A stretch of 64,000 bases of DNA, taken from positions 1,293 to 65,292 of the forward strand of contig CAZOEB010000004.1 of NCBI GenBank assembly GCA_964578685.1, in the 5' to 3' direction. The notes beneath the pieces were generated by a model. That model saw nothing but the letters and a program-made list of their open reading frames with translations. It did not search any database and had not been told where the DNA came from. Shown here one piece after another: positions 1-7,760 of the stretch; the stretch's first letter is position 1, and each line of letters begins with the position of its first letter. This DNA is from an uncultured Caulobacterales bacterium (GTDB lineage: Bacteria; Pseudomonadota; Alphaproteobacteria; Caulobacterales; Parvularculaceae). The position numbers and the translations under genes were made by a program.

Positions 1-828
1 CTGCACGCGGTCGCAGTCGATGTGGCTGAGGTTGATCGCGCTGCCTTCGAGCAGCGCGCGGATCGCGCGCGCGACGTCGATCTGGCCGGGCTGGCCGCGA
101 AGCGCGTGAATGCGCGGATCGAAGGGCGCCATTGAGCCTTTCAGCGCGTCGACCGACAAGGCGCCGGCGCAGAGCGCTGCGCCGAACACGTGCTCCGCCT
201 TGAAGAGGGCGTCGAGCGCGATGGCGGTCGAGACCTGCGTGCCGTTAAGAAGGGCGAGACCTTCCTTCGGCCCGAGCTCCAGCGGCTCAAGTCCTGCTAC
301 GCGGAGCGCTTGTGCGGCCGGCATCGTCTCGCCTTTGAAGCGCGCGGCGCCGACGCCCATCATCGCTGCCGTCATATGGGCGAGGGGGGCGAGATCGCCT
401 GAGGCGCCGACAGAGCCTTGCTCCGGAATGACGGGGAGGAGATCACGCTTCGGAAACTCCAGCAGCCGCTCGACGACGACGCGCCTGACGCCCGACGCGC
501 CGCGCGCAAGGCCGACGACCTTCAGCGCAAGGATCATCCGCGTGATGCGATCGTCCAGCGAAGCGCCGAGACCGCAGGCGTGGCTCAGGACGATCTTTTT
601 CTGCAGTTCGACAAGCCGGTCGTTTGGAATGCGCGTGTGTGCGAGGAGCCCGAAGCCGGTGTTGAGCCCGTAAACGGTTTCATTCGACGCGACGATGCGC
701 GCGACGCTCGCAGCGGCTTTCTCCACGGCCGCGAAGCCTTCCGCGGAAAGCGAAACGCCCGCGCCGTTCCAGATCGCGCGGAGATCGGCGAGGGTGACAG
801 CGCCGGGGGAAAGGGCGATCGTTTTCAT
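1..828 (-). CDS. hutH: histidine ammonia-lyase, N-terminal ~276 aa; the rest lies beyond the window start
   Basis: My own minus-strand translation from ATG (828-826) gives MKTIALSPGAVTLADLRAIW...YGLNTGFG...SVGASGDLAPLAH. The Ala-Ser-Gly triad forms the MIO cofactor. The frame stays open to position 1, so it is absent from the ORF track. It sits in a hut gene context. Confidence 0.9.
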   Translation of the reverse strand, partial: MKTIALSPGAVTLADLRAIWNGAGVSLSAEGFAAVEKAAASVARIVASNETVYGLNTGFGLLAHTRIPNDRLVELQKKIVLSHACGLGASLDDRITRMILALKVVGLARGASGVRRVVVERLLEFPKRDLLPVIPEQGSVGASGDLAPLAHMTAAMMGVGAARFKGETMPAAQALRVAGLEPLELGPKEGLALLNGTQVSTAIALDALFKAEHVFGAALCAGALSVDALKGSMAPFDPRIHALRGQPGQIDVARAIRALLEGSAINLSHIDCDRVQ

Positions 829-850
829 CATTAAACGCCTTTCAGGCGAG

Positions 851-1255
851 TCATTCCGGCGCGATCAGTCGCACCGTCGGGAAATATTTGCGGTAGCGGC
901 GCTGGTCGCGGCTGATGAGCGGCATCTCCGCCACCGCAGCGTGAGCGCCGATGAAGAAATCGGGCAGGACCCCGGTTCGCGTTCCTCCGTCGCGACGATA
1001 GTTCTGGAACGCCTTCCCGGCGAGAAACAGCGCGGCGCGGGGAATCTCGACAAGCTTCACTTCCGTCGCCGCCAAAAGCCGATCGACTTCTTCAATTCTT
1101 TCATAACCAATCGACAGCTCGGCATAGATCGGCGCGTTGATGACGACAGCGCCCTCCATCGAAGCCTTGTCCAGCGCCTTTATCGACCAGTCCGCCCAGC
1201 GCGGATCGTCCGTCGCAACATCAAGAAGGACGTTCGTGTCGGCGAGCGTCGCCAT
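851..1255 (-). CDS. vapC: PIN-domain ribonuclease toxin (VapC-like)
   Basis: 134-aa ORF with N-terminal LADTNVLLDV and later acidic residues (YAELS, ISRD) in the PIN pattern. It starts 6 nt after the stop of an AbrB-type antitoxin gene. Confidence 0.8.
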   Translation of the reverse strand: MATLADTNVLLDVATDDPRWADWSIKALDKASMEGAVVINAPIYAELSIGYERIEEVDRLLAATEVKLVEIPRAALFLAGKAFQNYRRDGGTRTGVLPDFFIGAHAAVAEMPLISRDQRRYRKYFPTVRLIAPE

Positions 1256-1261
1256 TTGCGC

Positions 1262-1501
1262 TCAGCGGCGTCCGCGCGTCAGCGCCATGATCGCTTCGGT
1301 GGAAAGCCCGGCGGTGGCCGTGCCGCGCATTTTCTCGAAGCGGCTGGCGGCGGTTTTCACCGGCTTAGCAGGTTTCAAGTAAGCTCGTCCCGTTTCATCC
1401 AGACTGAATACGACTTTAGCCCCGGCGCGCAGGCCCAAGCGGTCACGGAGCGCCCGTGGAATGGTCACTTGACCCTTGCTGGTGACTGTCGTTTCGGTCA
1501 T
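1262..1501 (-). CDS. vapB: AbrB/SpoVT-MazE family antitoxin (VapB-like)
   Basis: 79-aa ORF. TSKGQVTIPRALRDRLGL is the SpoVT/AbrB DNA-binding motif. It lies directly upstream of the PIN gene. Confidence 0.8.
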   Translation of the reverse strand: MTETTVTSKGQVTIPRALRDRLGLRAGAKVVFSLDETGRAYLKPAKPVKTAASRFEKMRGTATAGLSTEAIMALTRGRR

Positions 1502-1576
1502 CGGTAATACCTCTTCCCTGCCATGTAATACTTTCGCGGTGAAATGTCCAGCAGGCGGAGAGCGCTTCGAACGGCG

Positions 1577-3244
1577 TCACCTAATCATCGGCAAATCCAA
1601 TCGCTGTTCTCGCGCGCAATCCTCCGCAATCTCATATCCCGCATCGGCATGGCGCATCACGCCGGTGCCGGGATCGTTCCAGAGGACGCGCTTCAGCCGC
1701 CGCGCGGCGTCCTCGGTGCCGTCGGCGACGATCACCATGCCGGCATGCTGCGAATAGCCCATGCCGACGCCGCCGCCGTGGTGCAGCGAGACCCATGTGG
1801 CGCCGCTCGCCGTGTTCAAAAGGGCATTGAGAAGCGGCCAGTCGGATACGGCGTCGCTGCCGTCCTTCATCGCTTCCGTTTCGCGGTTGGGCGAGGCGAC
1901 GGAGCCTGAGTCGAGGTGATCGCGGCCGATGACGATCGGCGCCTTCACCTCGCCGCGTGCGACCATCTCGTTGAAAGCGAGGCCGAGGCGGTGCCTCTGC
2001 CCAAGGCCGACCCAGCAGATGCGCGCGGGCAGGCCCTGAAACTTGATGCGCTCCCGCGCCATGTCGAGCCAGCGGTGAAGATGCGTGTCGTCGGGGATGA
2101 GCTCCTTCACGCGCGCGTCGGTGCGATAGATGTCTTCGGGGTCGCCGGAGAGCGCGGCCCAGCGGAACGGTCCGACGCCCTTGCAGAAAAGCGGGCGCAC
2201 ATAGGCCGGCACGAAGCCCGGAAAGTCGAAGGCGTGCGTCACGCCTTCATCGCGCGCAACCTGGCGGATGTTGTTGCCATAGTCGAAGACGGGAACGCCC
2301 ATCGCGCGAAAGGCGAGCATCGCCTCGACATGTTTCGCCATCGAGGCGCGTGCGGCTTTCTCAACGGCTTTCGGATCGCGTTCGCGCGCGGCTAGCCATT
2401 GATCGACGCTCCAGCCGATCGGCAGGTAGCCGTTGACGGGATCATGCGCGGAGGTCTGGTCGGTGACGGCGTCGGGCCTGACGCCGCGCCTGATGAGTTC
2501 CGGGAGGACCTCCGCCGCATTGCCGAGAAGGCCGATGGAGATCGCGCGCTTCTCCTTCGTGTAGCGCTGAAGGCGCGCGAGCGCGTCGTCGAGATCGTCC
2601 GCCTGCTCGTCGAGATAGCGCGTCTCCAGCCGCTTTTCGATGCGCGAGGGCTGGCACTCGATCGCGAGGCAGGAAGCGCCCGCCATGACGGCGGCGAGCG
2701 GCTGCGCGCCGCCCATGCCGCCGAGGCCCGCGGTCAGGATCCAGCGCCCGCCGAGATCGCCGCCATAATGCTGGCGGCCCATCTCGACGAAGGTTTCATA
2801 GGTGCCCTGAACGATGCCTTGCGTGCCGATGTAAATCCACGAGCCGGCCGTCATCTGGCCGTACATCATGAGGCCCTTTTTATCGAGTTCGTTGAAGTGC
2901 TCCCAGGTCGCCCATTTCGGCACGAGATTGGAATTCGCGATGAGGACGCGCGGCGCGTCCTTGTGGGTCGGAAAGACGCCGACCGGCTTTCCTGACTGGA
3001 CGAGCAGCGTCTCGTCCTCGTTGAGGCGCTCTAGCGTTTCGACGATCTTGTCGAAACATTCCCAGTCGCGCGCCGCGCGGCCGATGCCGCCATAGACGAC
3101 GAGCCCGTGCGGATCCTCTGCGACCTCGGGGTCGAGATTGTTCATCAGCATCCGGACAGCGGCCTCCGTCGTCCAGTGCTTCGCCTTCTTCTCCAATCCG
3201 CGGCGGGCGCGGACCGTTCGAGCATTGCGCCTTGCGCCTGTCAT
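1577..3244 (-). CDS. hutU: urocanate hydratase
   Basis: 555-aa ORF. The N-terminus [56 protein letters not shown] matches the urocanase signature I know from Pseudomonas HutU. Flanked by hut genes. Confidence 0.95.
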   Translation of the reverse strand: MTGARRNARTVRARRGLEKKAKHWTTEAAVRMLMNNLDPEVAEDPHGLVVYGGIGRAARDWECFDKIVETLERLNEDETLLVQSGKPVGVFPTHKDAPRVLIANSNLVPKWATWEHFNELDKKGLMMYGQMTAGSWIYIGTQGIVQGTYETFVEMGRQHYGGDLGGRWILTAGLGGMGGAQPLAAVMAGASCLAIECQPSRIEKRLETRYLDEQADDLDDALARLQRYTKEKRAISIGLLGNAAEVLPELIRRGVRPDAVTDQTSAHDPVNGYLPIGWSVDQWLAARERDPKAVEKAARASMAKHVEAMLAFRAMGVPVFDYGNNIRQVARDEGVTHAFDFPGFVPAYVRPLFCKGVGPFRWAALSGDPEDIYRTDARVKELIPDDTHLHRWLDMARERIKFQGLPARICWVGLGQRHRLGLAFNEMVARGEVKAPIVIGRDHLDSGSVASPNRETEAMKDGSDAVSDWPLLNALLNTASGATWVSLHHGGGVGMGYSQHAGMVIVADGTEDAARRLKRVLWNDPGTGVMRHADAGYEIAEDCAREQRLDLPMIR

Positions 3245-3597
3245 GAATTGATCAACCTTTGCCTGAGGCGGCGGGGTTCGATGATTGAAATCGCAGACTG
3301 GAATTCGACGCCGGGCGTCGAAAGCGCTTTGGGGAGGCGCTCCGCACGCTGCGCCGGACTGAGCTGCGGCAGAAACATGATTATAGCCCCGCAGGAAGCG
3401 TGCTTGTCGCGCAGCAGCAGCTCGCCGAAGTCAAAGTCCTCTGTCACGATGACTCGCTGTTCAGCCGTCGCCATCTGGAGAAGGTCCCGGTCGCTGACGC
3501 TTGGGTTCGTCTCGGCCGCATAGCGCACGTCATAACCCGCCTTCCGCAGTGCTGAAACTACAGCTCTGGGGCAGCACTCGTCAGCGAGGAACCGCAT
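3241..3597 (-). CDS. DUF5615 / COG4634 PIN-like (Mut7-C-like) putative toxin
   Basis: 118 aa. [24 protein letters not shown]...[14 protein letters not shown] resembles DUF5615 proteins that pair with DUF433. Its TGA stop overlaps the hutU ATG (ATGA at 3244-3241). Confidence 0.65.
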   Translation of the reverse strand: MRFLADECCPRAVVSALRKAGYDVRYAAETNPSVSDRDLLQMATAEQRVIVTEDFDFGELLLRDKHASCGAIIMFLPQLSPAQRAERLPKALSTPGVEFQSAISIIEPRRLRQRLINS

Positions 3598-3849
3598 CTA
3601 CTCGGCGGCGACAGTGATTTCGGCGGCCAGATAATCCGCCGCAAAGCGCAGGGCCGCCGCGACATCCTCCGCCTGGAGCCGGGGATATTGTTCTGCGACC
3701 TCCGCCGGCGATAAACCGCGCGCGCATTCTCGCACGATTTGCTCAATCGTGACGCGCGTTCCCTTGATGACGGGCTTGCCGCCCATCACCGTCGGGTCGA
3801 TGCTGACACGCTCATGGCTCATCTGTGAAAAATACCCGATCGCGATCAA
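3598..3849 (-). CDS. DUF433 (COG2442) antitoxin-like protein
   Basis: 83 aa. DPTVMGGKPVIKGTRVTIEQIV is the DUF433 hallmark. Its stop directly abuts the start of the DUF5615 gene. Confidence 0.7.
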   Translation of the reverse strand: MIAIGYFSQMSHERVSIDPTVMGGKPVIKGTRVTIEQIVRECARGLSPAEVAEQYPRLQAEDVAAALRFAADYLAAEITVAAE

Positions 3850-3858
3850 GAATTGAAG

Positions 3859-4398
3859 TCATTTCCAGCCTTTTTTGATGAACCGGTCGATCGCCTGCAT
3901 GATCCGCTCGTGGGCGATTATCAGCGTTCCCCATTCGCCGACGCTCGCCGTCTTGCCGGGTTCGAGGTCTTTGTAGTGCTTGAAGAAGTGCTCGATCTGC
4001 TGGACGAGCAGCGGCGGCAGGTCCTTGTGCGTTTTGACGTCCTTGTAGAAAGGATTGAGCGCATCAACCGGGACGGCGAGAATTTTCTCGTCGACGCCCT
4101 TTTCATCTTCCATCAGCAGCACGCCGACCGGACGCGACCGGATGACGGCGCCCGCGACGACCGGCATCGGCGTCACGACGAGGATGTCGAGGGTGTCGCC
4201 GTCATCGCCCAGCGTGCCCGGGATGAAGCCGTAGTTGGACGGATAGATCATCGACGTATGTAGGAACCGGTCGACGAAGAGCGCGCCAGACTTGCTGTCC
4301 AGCTCGTACTTCACCGGCTGGCCGCCCTGCGGGATTTCGATGAAGGCGTTGACTTCGTTCGGAGGCTTTCGGCCCGGCGGTATTTGCGTGATGTCCAT
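3859..4398 (-). CDS. ppa: inorganic pyrophosphatase (family I)
   Basis: 179 aa. NAFIEIPQGGQPVKYELD, YGFIPGTLGDDGDTLDILV and LAVPVD are typical of soluble PPase. Its ATG overlaps the hutI stop by 1 nt (TGATG). Confidence 0.9.
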   Translation of the reverse strand: MDITQIPPGRKPPNEVNAFIEIPQGGQPVKYELDSKSGALFVDRFLHTSMIYPSNYGFIPGTLGDDGDTLDILVVTPMPVVAGAVIRSRPVGVLLMEDEKGVDEKILAVPVDALNPFYKDVKTHKDLPPLLVQQIEHFFKHYKDLEPGKTASVGEWGTLIIAHERIMQAIDRFIKKGWK

Positions 4399-5612
4399 CA
4401 GTGCTCCTCAACGGCGGCGCCGGCGATGTAAAGAATGTCCGGTCCGGGGTGGCCGATCCAGTAGCTGAGTTCGGCCGGGTGATCGACCGGCCAGACGGCG
4501 ATATCGGCCGCAAGACCCGCTTTCAGAACGCCGCATTCGCGCACAAGGCCCAAGGCGCGCGCCGCATGGCGCGTCATGCCGGCGAGGCATTCTTCGGGCG
4601 TCATCCCGAAGAGCGTCGCGCCCATGCTCATGGCGAGCGTCGGCGACAGCATCGGCGAGGTGCCGGGATTAAGGTCGGTCGCCAGCGCCATGGCGACGCC
4701 GTATTTTCGGAAGAGCGCGACCGGAGGCTTTGTCGTTTCTTTCAGCGCATAAAAGGCGCCGGGCAACAGCACCGCCGCTGTCTTCGCTTTCGCCAGAGCC
4801 GCCACGCCCGCCTCGTCGATGTATTCGAGATGGTCGGCGGAAAGCGCTCCATAGGATGCGGCGAGCGTCGCCCCCTTCATGTCGGACAATTGCTCCGCGT
4901 GGAGTTTGACGTTGAGACCGTGCTTTGCAGCGGCGTCGAAAGCGGCGCGCGTTTCCTCATGCGCGAAACCGACGCTCTCGCAAAAAACATCGACCGCATC
5001 GGCAAGGCCGGCGCGCGCGACGCGCGGGATCATGTCTTCGCAGACGAGCCGCACATAGGCGTCGCGATCCGATTTGTATTCAGGCGGCAAAGCGTGGAGC
5101 GCCAGCAGCGTTCGCTTCACCCGCATCCTCACCGCGCGCGCGGCTTCGCCCGCGGCGATCAGCATCTTCTCTTCATCGCCGGAAGTGAGACCGTAGCCCG
5201 ACTTGATCTCCACCGTCGCAACGCCGCCGCGCCGCAACGCTTCAAGGCGCGCGATCGCGCTTTCAACAAGGTCCTCAAGCGACGCCGCGCGGGTCGCACG
5301 CACGGTCGATAAGATGCCGCCGCCGGCGCGCGCGATCTCTTCATAGGTTGCGCCGTTCTGACGCGCGTCGAACTCCGCGGCGCGGTTTCCGGCGAAGACG
5401 AGATGCGTGTGACAATCGATGAGCGCGGGCGTGGCCCATCGCCCGCCCAGGAACTCGACATGCTTCGCCGGCGGCGCGGATGCGGCCGGTCCGACATAGG
5501 CGATGCGTGCGCCTCGGACACCCACTGCGCCCGCCTCGATCGCGCCATAGGGGCCGGCGACGGCCGGGTCCATGGTCGCCACACGCGCATCCGTCAGAAG
5601 AAGATCGAGCAT
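4398..5612 (-). CDS. hutI: imidazolonepropionase
   Basis: 404 aa. Carries the amidohydrolase metal motif LIDCHTHLVFAGNRAAEF and later LHAEQLS and DHLEY. Sits in a hut context. Confidence 0.9.
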   Translation of the reverse strand: MLDLLLTDARVATMDPAVAGPYGAIEAGAVGVRGARIAYVGPAASAPPAKHVEFLGGRWATPALIDCHTHLVFAGNRAAEFDARQNGATYEEIARAGGGILSTVRATRAASLEDLVESAIARLEALRRGGVATVEIKSGYGLTSGDEEKMLIAAGEAARAVRMRVKRTLLALHALPPEYKSDRDAYVRLVCEDMIPRVARAGLADAVDVFCESVGFAHEETRAAFDAAAKHGLNVKLHAEQLSDMKGATLAASYGALSADHLEYIDEAGVAALAKAKTAAVLLPGAFYALKETTKPPVALFRKYGVAMALATDLNPGTSPMLSPTLAMSMGATLFGMTPEECLAGMTRHAARALGLVRECGVLKAGLAADIAVWPVDHPAELSYWIGHPGPDILYIAGAAVEEH

Positions 5613-5684
5613 CGGGTCTTTTCCGCTGGCGAGAACCCCGGTCTATAAAGGCATTCCGGCTGCGCCGCCATTTGGGAGACCGCC

Positions 5685-6587
5685 ATGAAAGAAGCCGCCC
5701 AATCCGAATGTCGCGGGTGGCGGTCGATCGCCGACTTGCTGACCGGCGATCAGTCGGCGCCGGTTGCGCTGCTCGGCGCTCCGCTCAATGAAAAATCCCT
5801 GACGCCGGGGCGCTGCGATCTCGCCCCCAAAGTTCTACGCGAGACGTTGAAGCGCTTCTCGGTCTTCGACCTCGAGTCGGAAACGGACCTTGCGGACCTG
5901 CGCATCCATGACGCGGGCGATGTCTTCCTCAAGACGCTGACGCCGGAGGAGTCGTTTGCGCCGCTGCGCGACCGTGTCGCCGGCCTCAAGCAGAAGCTCA
6001 TCGTTATCGCCGGCGGCAACAACGCCGTCACCCGTCCTGGCGTTCATGGACTGGGGGCGCTTGCGAAGACCGGCCTCATCACGCTCGACGCGCATTTCGA
6101 CCTTCGCGACACGGATTGCGGGCTCACGAACGGCAATCCGGTCCGTGCGCTGATTGAAGACGGCCTTCCCGGCGCCAATATCGTGCAGATCGGACTGGCG
6201 CCCTTCGCCAACACCCGTCGCGCGTTCGACTTCGCGGCAGCGCAGGGGATCACCGTGCGAACGATCGCCGCCGTCAAAGCGTGCGGCGCCGTCGCTTTGC
6301 TGGAAGAAGCGATCGAGGCGTTGTCCGCGCGCTGTGAGCGCCTCTATGTCGATTTCGATATCGATGTGATCGACCGCGCCCAGTGCCCCGGCGCGCCGGG
6401 CGCGCGGCCTGGCGGCATGCCGGTCGACGAATTCTTCGCCGCTGCGCGCATGATCGGCGCCTCACCAAGGGTCGCAGCGGTCGATCTCACCGAATTTGAT
6501 CCGTCGCTCGACCACGCTGACATTACGGCGCTGACGGCGGGCCGCTGGTTCGCCGAAGTGCTCGCCGGGTTTGCGGAGCGGACATGA
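5685..6587 (+). CDS. hutG: formimidoylglutamase (arginase/ureohydrolase family)
   Basis: 300 aa with ureohydrolase motifs LDAHFDLRD and DFDIDVID. Divergent from hutI. SD GGGAG lies 6 nt before the ATG. Substrate is assigned from context only. Confidence 0.7.
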   Translation: MKEAAQSECRGWRSIADLLTGDQSAPVALLGAPLNEKSLTPGRCDLAPKVLRETLKRFSVFDLESETDLADLRIHDAGDVFLKTLTPEESFAPLRDRVAGLKQKLIVIAGGNNAVTRPGVHGLGALAKTGLITLDAHFDLRDTDCGLTNGNPVRALIEDGLPGANIVQIGLAPFANTRRAFDFAAAQGITVRTIAAVKACGAVALLEEAIEALSARCERLYVDFDIDVIDRAQCPGAPGARPGGMPVDEFFAAARMIGASPRVAAVDLTEFDPSLDHADITALTAGRWFAEVLAGFAERT

Positions 6588-7651
6588 CCCCGGCGCGGGC
6601 GCCAGTTGAAGCGAGCGCGCGCGTTCGCGTCAAAGCGCGCGAGGCGCGTCCGCTCTTCGACCTCGCCGCGGCGCGCGGCGCCGATATGTCCCGATTGCTG
6701 AAGGCGCTTCATATCGATCCCGGCGTGTTCGACGCTGACGGCGACATCGCGCTCGCCGACTATTTTCGCGCGCAGGACCTCATCGCCGCCGCGCTTCAGG
6801 ATGAGACCCTGCGCATGTCCGCGCGTCAGCTTCTCCCCGGGACGACGGACTTCGTGCTGGCGCAACTTGTCGGCGCAAACAGCCTGATGGATGCCATGAA
6901 GACGCTTGCGCAGTCCTTCAACCTCTTGCACGGCGGCGAGTTCAACACCGTGCGGCGCCGCGGCGACATCATCGCCTTCATCATCGACGACCGGCTTTTT
7001 CCGTATACGATGAAAGATAATCCCGCGTTCCTGCGGTTCTCGCTCGAATGCATCCAGATCTTTCTTCATTGCATTCTCGCAACCGTCTCCCGCCCGCATG
7101 CGAACGCCGGCCTTCGGCGCGTGTCGGTGACCCGTCAGCAGAGGTCTTCCGATGCGATCCATCTCGATTTCTGGGGCGCCCCGGTGCGCTTCGGGGCCAG
7201 CGTTTATTCGCTCGATTACAGCTATGACGCCGTCGCTGCGGCGATCGCGCCGCCGGACGCGCAATCGCTGAAAGCCTCCGCCGTGCTCGCTGAAATCGCG
7301 CAGGCGGCCGCTACCGCCCACGTCGCCGGCCATGGGCCGGAGACCGCGGCCCTTGTCCGGTGGGCGCTCCTGCGGGGCGTCATCGATCAGACTCGCATCG
7401 CCGCGCTCGCCGGCGTCAGCGCGGCAACCCTTCGCCGCAGGCTCGAAGATGAGGGCGTGTCGTTCAGGGACCTTCGCAAGGAGGTCCTTAACGACGCGGC
7501 GAAAACTCTATTGCTGCGCCGGAAAAGCGTTGCAGAAGTCGCGGACGAACTTGGCTTTTCGGACTTTCGCGCCTTCAACCGCGCCTTCAAGTCCTGGAAC
7601 GGCGAGACCCCAAAAGCCTTTGCGGAAAGGGCCCGCTCAACTGCCGTTTGA
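6584..7651 (+). CDS. AraC-family transcriptional regulator
   Basis: 355 aa with a C-terminal AraC-type double HTH (IAALAGVSAATLRRRLEDEG ... VADELGFSDFRAFNRAFKSWNGETPKAF). Its start overlaps the hutG stop (ATGA). Confidence 0.8.
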   Translation: MTPARAPVEASARVRVKAREARPLFDLAAARGADMSRLLKALHIDPGVFDADGDIALADYFRAQDLIAAALQDETLRMSARQLLPGTTDFVLAQLVGANSLMDAMKTLAQSFNLLHGGEFNTVRRRGDIIAFIIDDRLFPYTMKDNPAFLRFSLECIQIFLHCILATVSRPHANAGLRRVSVTRQQRSSDAIHLDFWGAPVRFGASVYSLDYSYDAVAAAIAPPDAQSLKASAVLAEIAQAAATAHVAGHGPETAALVRWALLRGVIDQTRIAALAGVSAATLRRRLEDEGVSFRDLRKEVLNDAAKTLLLRRKSVAEVADELGFSDFRAFNRAFKSWNGETPKAFAERARSTAV

Positions 7652-7760
7652 GCGAAAATGTCCACTGCGGGCGATCGGTCTTGTCATGGGACCGCCCCGT
7701 CTCTCCTCCTACCATTTCGTCCAACGCGCCGACTTCAACGCGCAATGACGGGAGGGATTC

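Noticed and set aside
110-1507. Plus-strand ORFs 110-673, 190-402, 418-834 and 695-1507, overlapping hutH and vapBC.
   Set aside because: The minus strand encodes histidine ammonia-lyase (ASG triad) and a PIN/AbrB pair. The plus-strand products have no recognisable motifs and show biased composition.
7652-7760. A possible riboswitch (for example cobalamin) upstream of the TonB-dependent receptor.
   Set aside because: The leader is only about 108 nt, and I see none of the conserved riboswitch core sequences.
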